Shown: positions 47,264 to 56,015 of the stretch, piece by piece
Layout of the letters: each line of letters starts with the position of its first letter
Position numbering within the stretch: the stretch's first letter is position 1
From: a candidate division TM6 bacterium GW2011_GWF2_37_49
GTDB lineage: Bacteria > Babelota > Babeliae > Babelales > RVW-14
Direction of reading: 5' to 3'
Assembly: GCA_945861145.1 (NCBI GenBank)
Contig: CAMATL010000001.1
Span: 21,003-85,002 of the forward strand
Length of the DNA: 64,000 bases
Position numbers and translations under genes: made by a program
Notes under the pieces: generated by a model
Told to the model about the DNA's origin: nothing
Databases searched by the model: none
What the model saw: only the letters and a program-made list of their open reading frames with translations

Positions 47264-48969
47264 TGATGCGCAATATCCTTCTACCTGAAAAAATTGGTAC
47301 GCGCCGCCTCTTTGCTCTACGCGTGTTGAGCATTATGATCCAGGAAGATTCAGTCCGGGGTAGCATTGTTTTGTTAAAACCAAATGCTGCAGTCGTTCAA
47401 AAACTACTTGATTTTCCGTTTGGACAAAGCAGTAATAACGCTCCCGTCCGCAGCCTGCAAGAAGCCTTAACGGCTCTCATCGCCGCTGCTGGCAAGATAG
47501 ATGATATTCGTGTCGTTATTCCGGCTACTATGACAATTATCAAAGAGCTTGAAGTTCCTTTTGTCGATAGTGAAAAAATTCGCATGGTTATTGGCTATGA
47601 AATCGAGCCACTCCTACCATTTTCACTCGAAGAAGCCATCGTCGATTTTATTGTTACCAAGAGCAACAAAGACCTCCTGAGTTCTCAAATTCTCGTGGTA
47701 GCCATTCGCAAGCAAGATCTTGCCGCCATCCTTGAGCCGTATGAGCAAAATGGTATTAAAGTTAAAACCGTCATCATCGATCTTTTTGCAACGTATGGTT
47801 TATACCAAAAAATTTCCACGTATCATGATCTGCCAGGAAGCACAGCGCTTGTGGATGTTGGCTTACAAGGTACGCGAATTACCTTTTTGCAAAACAACCA
47901 GCTTAAGCTAACACGCTATATCACTAAGGGATTGAATTTCATTCTCAATCACATCAGTGAAGAAATAGGCGCAAGCAAAGAAGAGGTATTAAAACACCTC
48001 CAAGAGGATGGCATCAATGCACTTGATACCCAAAGCATGCTTGAAAAAACAATGCAAAAACATCTCATTAATTTTTTTAATGAGATTCAATTTACCCTCA
48101 ATTCATTCAGTCTTAAGCTGAACTATTATGAAGGCGTCAGCAAAATTTTATTTGTGGGTAGCGTTGCAAATATTCCTCATCTTATGGAATTTAGCACAGA
48201 GCTTTTGCAGATACCTTGCGAGCTTTTTAACCCTCAAAAAATCTTTGAGGGCAAAGGCATCAAAAATAACACCCCCGTATCAACAACTGGCTGGGAGCTA
48301 TTTGTTAACCCTTTGGGCGCTACGCTTGGTCCAATAGAATTTGAAAATTTTAATCTACGCAGGCATGAATTTGCGCTTTTTGACATTGAGCTAGGCTTGC
48401 AACAATTATTTACTGGTTGCTTTCTTCTTCTACTCACCTTTGGTGTCATAGGGTTTATGGGATACTCACAAATCAGCGAACTGCGCAGCACTACACAGGC
48501 GCTAGAGGCCGATCAAGCCGATAGGCTACGCGCACTACTCGCCCGCAAAGATCGTGCGCGCACAATGAGCCTGCAAGCTCTTTTTCGTAAGATTGAAGAC
48601 TTGGTAAAAGAGAAAAAATCTCTTTGGGAGCCTTTTGGGCAAGCACGTATCAAACCGCTTGAGCTGTTGCTTGAAGTAACCCAAACCTTTGATAAGAAGC
48701 AATTTAAGCTCGATGTTGAAGAATTTAACTTAAGTGAAAAAGAACCTGGCAATCCAATTATTGAACTCTCAGGTTATTTTAAATCAGATCTTGGGATGGG
48801 ATCCAATTTCAGAGAGTGGATGCAACTTGAGGACCGTATCAAGGAGTCACCGCTACTCACTCTTGTAGAACCGCCTTCGACTATTCCAGCAGCAGAAAAA
48901 GGCATTAAATTTGATGTTAAATTACAAAAAAAATCTTTCCGCGATGATGCGCAATCGGTGAATCAATAA
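47260..48969 (+). CDS. GspL-like / PilM-PilN fusion-like assembly protein
   Basis: The cytoplasmic actin-like part has ALVDVGLQGTRITFLQNNQLKLTRYITKG. A single TM helix (FTGCFLLLLTFGVIGFMGY) is followed by a coiled coil and a periplasmic domain of about 160 aa. Confidence 0.6.
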   Translation: MMMRNILLPEKIGTRRLFALRVLSIMIQEDSVRGSIVLLKPNAAVVQKLLDFPFGQSSNNAPVRSLQEALTALIAAAGKIDDIRVVIPATMTIIKELEVPFVDSEKIRMVIGYEIEPLLPFSLEEAIVDFIVTKSNKDLLSSQILVVAIRKQDLAAILEPYEQNGIKVKTVIIDLFATYGLYQKISTYHDLPGSTALVDVGLQGTRITFLQNNQLKLTRYITKGLNFILNHISEEIGASKEEVLKHLQEDGINALDTQSMLEKTMQKHLINFFNEIQFTLNSFSLKLNYYEGVSKILFVGSVANIPHLMEFSTELLQIPCELFNPQKIFEGKGIKNNTPVSTTGWELFVNPLGATLGPIEFENFNLRRHEFALFDIELGLQQLFTGCFLLLLTFGVIGFMGYSQISELRSTTQALEADQADRLRALLARKDRARTMSLQALFRKIEDLVKEKKSLWEPFGQARIKPLELLLEVTQTFDKKQFKLDVEEFNLSEKEPGNPIIELSGYFKSDLGMGSNFREWMQLEDRIKESPLLTLVEPPSTIPAAEKGIKFDVKLQKKSFRDDAQSVNQ

Positions 48970-49529
48970 TGAATTTAAACATAAAAACACATTGCATTGA
49001 AGCCTTGAGGTATCTGCATGGGCTTGAAAAAGCCGAGTTTGAAAAATACCTATTCATCGGCCTGGCTAGCTTTGGGCTCCTGATCGGGACCAGCGTTTAT
49101 CTTGTTTATAGCACCTGTAATAACCTCCACCAGGAAATTACTAATTTACAAAATTTGAAAAAAAAGACGCGTAAATTATTACTTGATTTTGGCAGTATTG
49201 ATGCCGAAGAAACACGCATCAACGCAATCCTCGAGCAGCATAAAAGCTTTGATCTCAAGATTTATTTTGAATTATTCTGCAAAGAGCAAGGCGTTGCCGC
49301 AGCACCAGGCTGGAATGCATCAACCACCGTTATTAATCCACAGGTTGACGAAATATCGCTCACGGCAACTTTTAAGAGCCTGACTACCGAAAACCTTGTA
49401 CGCATGCTACAAGAATTTGATAAAACAGAGGTCGTGTATCTAAAAAATATTCGGATCAAAACAGACAAAGACAAAAAAATTACCTGTGAAGTCACACTGG
49501 CTACCATTCAAAAAAAAGCACAGGGGTAG
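48969..49529 (+). CDS. GspM/PilO-like bitopic protein
   Basis: 186 aa with one TM helix (FIGLASFGLLIGTSVYLVY), then a coiled coil and a small domain. A TAATG overlap links it to the upstream gene. The call rests on position and architecture only. Confidence 0.4.
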   Translation: MNLNIKTHCIEALRYLHGLEKAEFEKYLFIGLASFGLLIGTSVYLVYSTCNNLHQEITNLQNLKKKTRKLLLDFGSIDAEETRINAILEQHKSFDLKIYFELFCKEQGVAAAPGWNASTTVINPQVDEISLTATFKSLTTENLVRMLQEFDKTEVVYLKNIRIKTDKDKKITCEVTLATIQKKAQG

Positions 49530-49538
49530 GTTTATATT

Positions 49539-52256
49539 ATGATAAATAAATTGTGGTTATGGATTACAGGACCGCTCCTATCCTACCGCTCGAGACCCTT
49601 CGAGACAGCCCTATCGGGCTTCCTCAGGGCGAGCGGAGTCAGCAAGTTAATTCAATCTGCTTTGATGGGCCTTGCCAGTATTGAGAATTGTCATTCTAAA
49701 TTCAGAGCTCTCTTCTTAACCGCTCGCCCTGATATTTTTTCGACCGGCTCAGCAGCAAAAAAACCCGCTCGCCTTGAGCTTGTCGAAAGGTCTCGAGCGG
49801 ATTTCAAAGGGTTTCGAGCGGCCAAAACTCTTAAAATAGCCTTTTTATCTTTATTTATTGCCACCACCTCCCTGCACGCAGAAGAGCCAAACGTCAGCGT
49901 CATGTTTAATCCTGCCACAGGCTCCATACAAGCGATCAATGCGGATGAAAGCTCCCCAATAACTACCCAAGAGCAAGCGCTTGCCCTAGCCCAAGAGCCA
50001 ATGATAGACATTGCGCCACCGCTATCAGGTGCATCTAATAAAAAACCCGCAGCGCCATCTACCACTAAGGCCGCCACTACTACTCCCTCTAAAGGAATCG
50101 ATGATGGCGAAGCAAATGTGTACCTTAATTTTGAAAACGTAAGCCTTAACAGTGTTGTTAACTATTTGGCTGAACGTAAAAAAATTAACCTTGTCCCGCA
50201 CAAAGATTTAGAGGCTCAAAAAGTATCGCTCAGCACACGCAAGCCACTCACACTAAATCGCGCTTGGGATATCCTACTCACCCTTCTCGAGATGAATGGT
50301 TTTAGCATCGTGCAAGTCAACAATTTGCATCGCATCGTTGCAAATAAAGATAATGGCGTTGAGCCATTGCCGTACTACACCTCTCAGATAACAGCACCCG
50401 AAGATTTGCCAGACAGTGATCTAGTAGTGCGCTACATGTATTTTTTCAAAAATATAAAACCTGAAATCGCTCAAGATATTTTAAAAACAATGCTCGATGG
50501 TGATAAGAGCGTGCAGCCAATTAAAGACCTGCAAGCTGTTATTATTAAAGAAAAGTGTCACAACATCAAGGCTGCCTTACGGGTTATTAAAGAGCTTGAT
50601 ACTGGTGGCCTACGTCAATCCATCCGCATAGTCCCGCTCAAAGAAGCTGATGCTGAAACCGTACAAAAGCTTTTTCAAGACATTTTGGGTGGCGGCGAAG
50701 GCGGCGATGATCGTTTAAAATTTATAGCGGCTGATAGCCCTGCAGAATCGGCCTATTTTTCTTCAACAACAAAAATTATTCCCGATTCAAGTAAAAACTC
50801 ATTAATTCTTTTGGGTACACCAGCCAACATCGATAAGATTTGTAATTTTATTTATAAATATATCGATGTACCAATTGGTACCGCCAATTCACGTATTCAT
50901 ATTAGAGAGCTGCGCTACGCTAAAGCAGAAGCATTAAAGCCACTACTTGAAAGTATTATCAAACCACCAAGTGGCCAAGGTAGTGATAAGAGTAGTATTG
51001 TCGGGCAATTCAAATTTTTTGAAGATGTAATTATTGCGGCAGACGCCGCTGGTGGCGATGAAAATAGAGGCGCAGGCAACCGACTGATTATTTCAGCCAA
51101 TCAAGGCGACTGGGTACGCTTAAATAGCTTTATTGATAAACTCGACAAACCAGCACCGCAGGTCGCTTTTGAAGTAATGATAGTAGATATTACCCTACGC
51201 ATGGATAAAGAACTTGGCGCTCAACTACAAAGCCAAGGCATGGTCGGCGCTGGGCTTAACCGCGTGAATTTTAATAATATCTTTGCGCTTCCAAGCGGCA
51301 CAGAAGGGAAAGAAACCTATACACCAGACAACCCTACCATCCCTGCTTATAAATTCACTGATATCATAAATAAAATAGGATCTGGTTCGTTTTTAACACT
51401 TGGCGCTCCAGGGGTGGGCGAGGCCAATAAAATGTGGGCTTTTATCCGCAGTTATTTTAATACAAATAATAGCCATATTGTTTCTCAGCCTTACTTAATT
51501 ACTAATAATTTTCAAGAATGCCATATTGCGGTTGGAAGTACGGAGCGCGTTCCTGGCCCATTAATCACTGAAAAAGGTGAGGCTAAAACACAACAAAAAG
51601 TAGAGAGATCGGCCAATACTGACGTTAAATTAACACCACAAATTAACTATGATGGTGTCGTTACACTTAAAATTGATATGTCGATAAATGAATTTGTACC
51701 CGGCTCCCCAGAGAGCGGCTCAAATATGGCCAAGCGAACCATAGCAACAAAAGTAAACATGGCTGCTGGCGAGGTGCTAGTGCTTGGTGGTATGGCAAAA
51801 AGCAATCTCAATTTAAGCACTTATAAAACCCCAATCCTTGGCGATATACCAATCCTTGGCAACCTCTTTCGCAGTACAGTCAAAATAAAGGATGAAGTAA
51901 ATCTGTATGTCTTTATTCGCCCAAGCGTCATCAAGCCAAGCTTTGAAGGCGCGCCAGATGAATACACACAACTCAAGCTCGATTATGCAAAATATCAAAT
52001 GATCAAGACCGACAATTATTCTAGAGAGTATGACCCTGTGCATCGCTGGTTCTTCAAGCCAACAAACCATTCAATCAAAAACACACTCGCCGATGCGCGT
52101 AATGGGGTATTTAGACCTGTGGATGACTTCACGTATGGTAAAGGCCAGCCGAAGACTGTGGATATAAAATCCGATCCATACTACCAAGCCACAGTCAATG
52201 TTGAAGCTGCTAAGAAATTGAAGAAGTTAAAATCGCGCAAGAAAAAACAGGCGTAG
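49539..52256 (+). CDS. Secretin (GspD/PilQ family) 2, with a repeat-derived N-terminal extension
   Basis: N0 region VYLNFENVSLNSVVNYLAERKKINLV and secretin core GEVLVLGGMAKSNLNLSTYKTPILGDIPILGNLFRS. The signal-like h-region KTLKIAFLSLFIATTSLHA begins only at about residue 97. Confidence 0.8.
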   Translation: MINKLWLWITGPLLSYRSRPFETALSGFLRASGVSKLIQSALMGLASIENCHSKFRALFLTARPDIFSTGSAAKKPARLELVERSRADFKGFRAAKTLKIAFLSLFIATTSLHAEEPNVSVMFNPATGSIQAINADESSPITTQEQALALAQEPMIDIAPPLSGASNKKPAAPSTTKAATTTPSKGIDDGEANVYLNFENVSLNSVVNYLAERKKINLVPHKDLEAQKVSLSTRKPLTLNRAWDILLTLLEMNGFSIVQVNNLHRIVANKDNGVEPLPYYTSQITAPEDLPDSDLVVRYMYFFKNIKPEIAQDILKTMLDGDKSVQPIKDLQAVIIKEKCHNIKAALRVIKELDTGGLRQSIRIVPLKEADAETVQKLFQDILGGGEGGDDRLKFIAADSPAESAYFSSTTKIIPDSSKNSLILLGTPANIDKICNFIYKYIDVPIGTANSRIHIRELRYAKAEALKPLLESIIKPPSGQGSDKSSIVGQFKFFEDVIIAADAAGGDENRGAGNRLIISANQGDWVRLNSFIDKLDKPAPQVAFEVMIVDITLRMDKELGAQLQSQGMVGAGLNRVNFNNIFALPSGTEGKETYTPDNPTIPAYKFTDIINKIGSGSFLTLGAPGVGEANKMWAFIRSYFNTNNSHIVSQPYLITNNFQECHIAVGSTERVPGPLITEKGEAKTQQKVERSANTDVKLTPQINYDGVVTLKIDMSINEFVPGSPESGSNMAKRTIATKVNMAAGEVLVLGGMAKSNLNLSTYKTPILGDIPILGNLFRSTVKIKDEVNLYVFIRPSVIKPSFEGAPDEYTQLKLDYAKYQMIKTDNYSREYDPVHRWFFKPTNHSIKNTLADARNGVFRPVDDFTYGKGQPKTVDIKSDPYYQATVNVEAAKKLKKLKSRKKKQA
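49571..49822. repeat. Composite GC-rich repeat (CCGCTCGAG / CCTTCGAGAC / GAGCGG family) inside the 5' end of the secretin 2 ORF
   Basis: ccgctcgagacccttcgagacagccctatcgggcttcctcagggcgagcgg matches 55831..55872. ccgctcgccttgagcttgtcgaaaggtctcgagcgg matches 56748..56785. The boundaries are approximate. Confidence 0.6.
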
Positions 52257-52262
52257 TAAAAA

Positions 52263-52583
52263 ATGGCGATGGAACGATCTCAAATTCAAAATCCAGCAAC
52301 AATAAAATATGTCGATATTATTGTTGCATGTGTAAAAAAACATCTCGGAGATTGTAAAATTTATTTATTTGGGTCGCGCGCTGAGAATAAAGATCGAGAA
52401 GGCTCTGATGTTGATATAGCTCTTGACCTCGATACAAAAATTAATTTCAAAACTATTGTTCAAATTAATGACGAATTAGTTATGTCAAAACTGCCCGTGT
52501 TTGTTGATATTATTGATATACATGAAGCATCCGCTGAACTTAGAGATCAGATTAAAAAACATGGAATTTTATGGAAAAGCTAA
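52263..52583 (+). CDS. Minimal nucleotidyltransferase (MNT-type antitoxin)
   Basis: LFGSRAENKDREGSDVDIALDL carries the G-S-x(n)-D-x-D motif. The gene overlaps the downstream HEPN start by 13 nt. Confidence 0.75.
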   Translation: MAMERSQIQNPATIKYVDIIVACVKKHLGDCKIYLFGSRAENKDREGSDVDIALDLDTKINFKTIVQINDELVMSKLPVFVDIIDIHEASAELRDQIKKHGILWKS

Positions 52584-53010
52584 TCCTAAAACAAACCATT
52601 CTCAATCAAGCCTTAGAGCAGCTTAAAACAGTAATTATTGATTATGAAAAAACAATATGCCCTTAGAGTTTGCACATGGAAAAGAATACCTTCGCGAAGC
52701 CATGATGCAGCGGTTTGAATACTCATGTGAATTATTTTGGCGATTCATAAAGGCTTATCTCGACTTCGCGCATGGAGCTGTTCCTGCCGAGAGTGGAGCG
52801 CGCAGCATTATTCGCGCAGCTTGTAAGATCGGTATTTTATCAGAGTCTGAAACAGGCATAATCATTGACATGATTGAAGATCGCAACAAAAGCTCACACA
52901 TGTACCTAGAATCTGTTGGATTGCAAATTGCAAAACACATTCCAATATACGCAGAGCTCATGCAAAAAATAACTTCTCGGATCATTTTAAAAGTTAGTTC
53001 CGCGAGGTAA
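52571..53010 (+). pseudogene. HEPN-domain protein (HI0074-like, toxin partner of MNT) interrupted by a frameshift at an A6 run
   Basis: Frame 2 from the ATG at 52571 gives MEKLILKQTILNQALEQLKTVIIDYEKTICP-stop (52664..52666). Frame 1 continues from 52648 with NNMPLEFAHG...MQRFEYSCELFW...EDRNKSSHMY (R-x4-H). The frames join at aaaaaa (52647..52652). One extra A would give a protein of about 146 aa. Confidence 0.6.
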
Positions 53011-53030
53011 AATCACGCATAAAACTAAAA

Positions 53031-53066
53031 AAGCGTGGGCTTGATTTCACAATCAAGCCCACGCTT
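53031..53066. terminator. Bidirectional hairpin terminator
   Basis: aagcgtgggcttgatt (53031..53046), loop tcac, aatcaagcccacgctt (53051..53066): a perfect 16-bp stem with an A-run upstream and a T-run downstream. Confidence 0.75.
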
Positions 53067-53085
53067 TTTATTTATTTTTTAAAAT

Positions 53086-53307
53086 TTACGGCAACTGCAA
53101 GACTCTGCTCGCGGTTACTTTAATTTCAACCGGTGCGTTTTTAGGTAATCCCGCTACTTGAAAAGTACCACGGGCTGGCAAATTTAGTAGACTTGCAAAA
53201 CAAGCTCCGTACGCCTCATTCACCGCACCAAAATAACTCATCTTACCAGTAGCCGCAAGATTAGCCGCCAAAGAAAAAAGAGTTATAAACATCAAAAAAA
53301 TTTTCAT
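53086..53307 (-). CDS. Small secreted hypothetical protein
   Basis: The ATG at 53307 follows ggagag. Signal peptide MKIFLMFITLFSLAANLAA. 73 aa with no motif recognised. Confidence 0.4.
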   Translation of the reverse strand: MKIFLMFITLFSLAANLAATGKMSYFGAVNEAYGACFASLLNLPARGTFQVAGLPKNAPVEIKVTASRVLQLP

Positions 53308-53410
53308 AATTCTCTCCATCAAAAAAGTGTTTTGTTGTGCATAAGGATAGGTTCCATTGAGTTTTTAGAATGACCTTGCCGGTACTAAGGTGCTTCGATC
53401 GCGCAATTTT

Positions 53411-53552
53411 GTCATCCCGGGTAGGGCCCCGGGATCCATTTTAAATATAAAATTCCATACTCAGAATCAGGCTAAAAAAGTATAGCGCTCTTGTTAAAAT
53501 AGAACTAAAACTCTTGCGTAGTCGCATCTCTCGGTCGATCCCGGGGCCCTAC
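53411..53552. mobile_element. 142-bp MITE-like element with perfect 26-bp terminal inverted repeats
   Basis: gtcatcccgggtagggccccgggatc (53411..53436) is the exact reverse complement of gatcccggggccctacccgggatgac (53527..53552). The core is AT-rich and has no ORF. Confidence 0.7.
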
Positions 53553-53633
53553 CCGGGATGACAGGACACTTAGTTCTAACTTTTTTGAGAAATTTTGTTA
53601 TTAATTTTTCAAAAACTCGGAAGATACCAGCTT

Positions 53634-54992
53634 TTATGCCTCCGTTACAGCAATGTAAGCATCGATAGCTTTTACTACACTGAGGTGCGACTTCTTATTT
53701 GCAAGAATTCGAGCGGTGTTACCTTCTTTATCTTTTGCTTCTACGTCAGCACCAACAGACAGTAAATATTCCACCGCCGCGAGGTTGCCGATGTCTGCCG
53801 CCGCGTGCAACGGCGTGCGACCTTTTTTATTTTTTGCCAAAACATCAGCACATGCGTCAAATAAAGCCTGCCATAGCAAAAACGTTCCGTTCACTGCCAC
53901 TGCTGCAGCATGTAACGGCGTATTGCCATCTTGATCAGCAATTTGAACATCAGCCCATTGAGCGATAAGGCTTTGCAAGGCAGCCACATTGCCAGCACCT
54001 GCAGCAAGATATGCCGCCGTAGCACCTTTCACTGTGATAGCATCTTTATCAGAACCAGCATTACACAAATACTGTTCTATGGACGCATATCCGTACAATG
54101 CCCCTTTGTGTAGCGGCGTAAATTGCATAGCATTGCGCGCATGTATATCACCGCCAGCGGCATGTAATGCCTTTAGGATTGCCAACCCACCGTTGCTCGC
54201 AGCAATATGCAAAGCAGTGTTACCATCAGAGTCTTTTGTGTTAACCTCTGCGCCAGCAATAAGCAAAGTCTCTAAAATTGCCAAGCTATCATTGCTCGCA
54301 GCAATATACAAAGCTACGCCATTATCAGATTTTTTTGTGTTTTTAGTACAAATTAAATCCTGCACTACAGATAAATGCTTATACATTGTCGCGTACTGCA
54401 GGGGGGTATATCCCTTTGCATCTTTTATATTGATATCAGCGCGCCCTAAACGTAACGCCTGCACAATCTCTAAATCCCCAAATGCTGCTGCTATGTGTAG
54501 CGGCGCTGTACCATCTTGATTGACGCTGTTCGCATGAGCCCGAACATCAACTAAGTATTGAACCACCGGCAAATGCCTGCTTTTTACCGCGTAATGCAAT
54601 ACCGTATACCCATCAGTGGTTTTTGCTTGTACGTTTGCTCTACCAGTGCGTAATGCTCTTACTATTGATAGATAACCACGACTCGCTGCCAGATGTAATG
54701 GCGTAACTTTATTTTTTGCGACAGCATGCACATTAGCTCCAGCCCCAATTAAGGCTTGCACAATCTCCAAATTACCATCATCAGAAGCTAGATGCAGGGG
54801 CGTAAAGCCATCCGCATCAGTAACGTTTAAGGCAACTTGATTAAATTCAGGATCAGCAAGCACCTCTCTCATGACTATTAAATCGCCGCGAGCATCTTGT
54901 AATTGTTCGGCAATTTGTTGCTTAGCGGTAGGCATAGCAAAAAGTAGAGAAGGCATTGCGCATATTAATATCATGACGCTAATTATTTTCAT
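53634..54992 (-). CDS. Secreted ankyrin-repeat protein (about 12 ANK repeats)
   Basis: Signal peptide MKIISVMILICAMPSLLFA. This is followed by tandem 33-aa repeats matching G-x-TPLH-x-AA-x-x-G-x-x-x-(I/V)V-x-x-L-x-x-x-GA-(D/N). Confidence 0.9.
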   Translation of the reverse strand: MKIISVMILICAMPSLLFAMPTAKQQIAEQLQDARGDLIVMREVLADPEFNQVALNVTDADGFTPLHLASDDGNLEIVQALIGAGANVHAVAKNKVTPLHLAASRGYLSIVRALRTGRANVQAKTTDGYTVLHYAVKSRHLPVVQYLVDVRAHANSVNQDGTAPLHIAAAFGDLEIVQALRLGRADINIKDAKGYTPLQYATMYKHLSVVQDLICTKNTKKSDNGVALYIAASNDSLAILETLLIAGAEVNTKDSDGNTALHIAASNGGLAILKALHAAGGDIHARNAMQFTPLHKGALYGYASIEQYLCNAGSDKDAITVKGATAAYLAAGAGNVAALQSLIAQWADVQIADQDGNTPLHAAAVAVNGTFLLWQALFDACADVLAKNKKGRTPLHAAADIGNLAAVEYLLSVGADVEAKDKEGNTARILANKKSHLSVVKAIDAYIAVTEA

Positions 54993-55193
54993 AAAACCCC
55001 CAGATTTTTCAGCGAAGTTCGTGATTATTCAAATAATACAGGGGAGCATACGCCCCCCTGAAGATTTCAGTAAATTAATTGAATTATAGTTATATAAAAC
55101 ATGAAAGAGATTTTGATAAAATCCAGAATCATTCAAATAATTACAACGCCGTACCACAAAACATATCAGTTTTACTTGAGGCGCCGCCTTAGG

Positions 55194-55790
55194 CTACAAA
55201 AGCTCTTGCCACAATGGAATGTTGTAAACCTTGGTGCAGATCGCATCAAACTCTATACCCTCTTTGCGCATTTGCTCTGCGTACACGGCAATATCATCCG
55301 CCCGGCCTTGTAGCTCTGGTGACACCAGGCACAGCTTTAAGCCTGTCGCGCGTAATTTTTGATACACTGCGCGATCAAGCGGTAGATGAGAGAAACAGTC
55401 CACCCATATCCATTGCACACGATCCTTGACCGCTAGCACCGTATCCAGACCCTCAAATTCTGAGAACCGAATGGCGCTGCGCGTCTCACCCTGACGGCTT
55501 AGGGTAATGATCATTGGAAATGATGAATCAAGAAAAAAGAAGTTGGTGATATTATATTTCTTTAAAAGCTCAAGAGCTCTCAGCTCTACACGCTCACTTT
55601 TGACATTCACAATCATGGTATTGTTGTGATACCGTTTTAGATAATTCTCAAATAACTCACCACCCGTGAACGGGTCATGTTCTAAAACTAAATCATTACC
55701 AAAATCACGCAGATCAAGCTCGACACCATACTCTACTGGAATACCGGCCAGGGCTTGAACTGTGTTGATACGATGGGCAATAAATTGCAT
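55194..55790 (-). CDS. GDPD-like / PI-PLC-like phosphodiesterase (putative)
   Basis: MQFIAHRINT...GVELDLRDFGNDLVLEHDP parallels the H-R ... E-x-D ... H-D motifs of glycerophosphodiester phosphodiesterases. The protein is short (198 aa). Confidence 0.5.
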   Translation of the reverse strand: MQFIAHRINTVQALAGIPVEYGVELDLRDFGNDLVLEHDPFTGGELFENYLKRYHNNTMIVNVKSERVELRALELLKKYNITNFFFLDSSFPMIITLSRQGETRSAIRFSEFEGLDTVLAVKDRVQWIWVDCFSHLPLDRAVYQKLRATGLKLCLVSPELQGRADDIAVYAEQMRKEGIEFDAICTKVYNIPLWQELL

Positions 55791-55823
55791 AACGTCTCCT
55801 TAGTAGAATCTAACTCTGCTGCC

Positions 55824-56013
55824 ACTCGTACCCTTCGAGACGCACTAAAAAACTGCTCCTCAGGGCGAGCGGGGACTTTTTCTTGAGCCATCTTTCCGCT
55901 CATCCTGTCCTTCGATCCGCTCATACTGAGGAAGGCTGCAGGCCTGTCTCGAAGTACATGAGCGGGCTCAGGATGCTCGGGACGATTAAATCGTGTCTCG
56001 AAGTACATGAGCG
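55824..56013. repeat. Cluster of GC-rich palindromic repeats (CCTTCGAGAC / CATGAGCG family)
   Basis: cccttcgagacgcactaaaaaactgctcctcagggcgagcgg is present. gtctcgaagtacatgagcg occurs twice (55946..55964 and 55995..56013). ccgctcatcctgtccttcga is also present. The cluster abuts the stop of the LOG gene. Confidence 0.6.
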
Positions 56014-56015
56014 AA

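Noticed and set aside
53699-54519. Plus-strand ORFs of 60-176 aa inside the ankyrin gene region
   Set aside because: They lie antisense to a 452-aa ORF with unmistakable tandem ANK consensus. They are shadow ORFs produced by the repetitive Ala/Gly-rich codon structure and have no motifs of their own.
55733-56008. 91-aa minus-strand ORF upstream of the phosphodiesterase gene
   Set aside because: It is made almost entirely of family-3 GC-rich repeat units and overlaps the start of the 55194..55790 gene.
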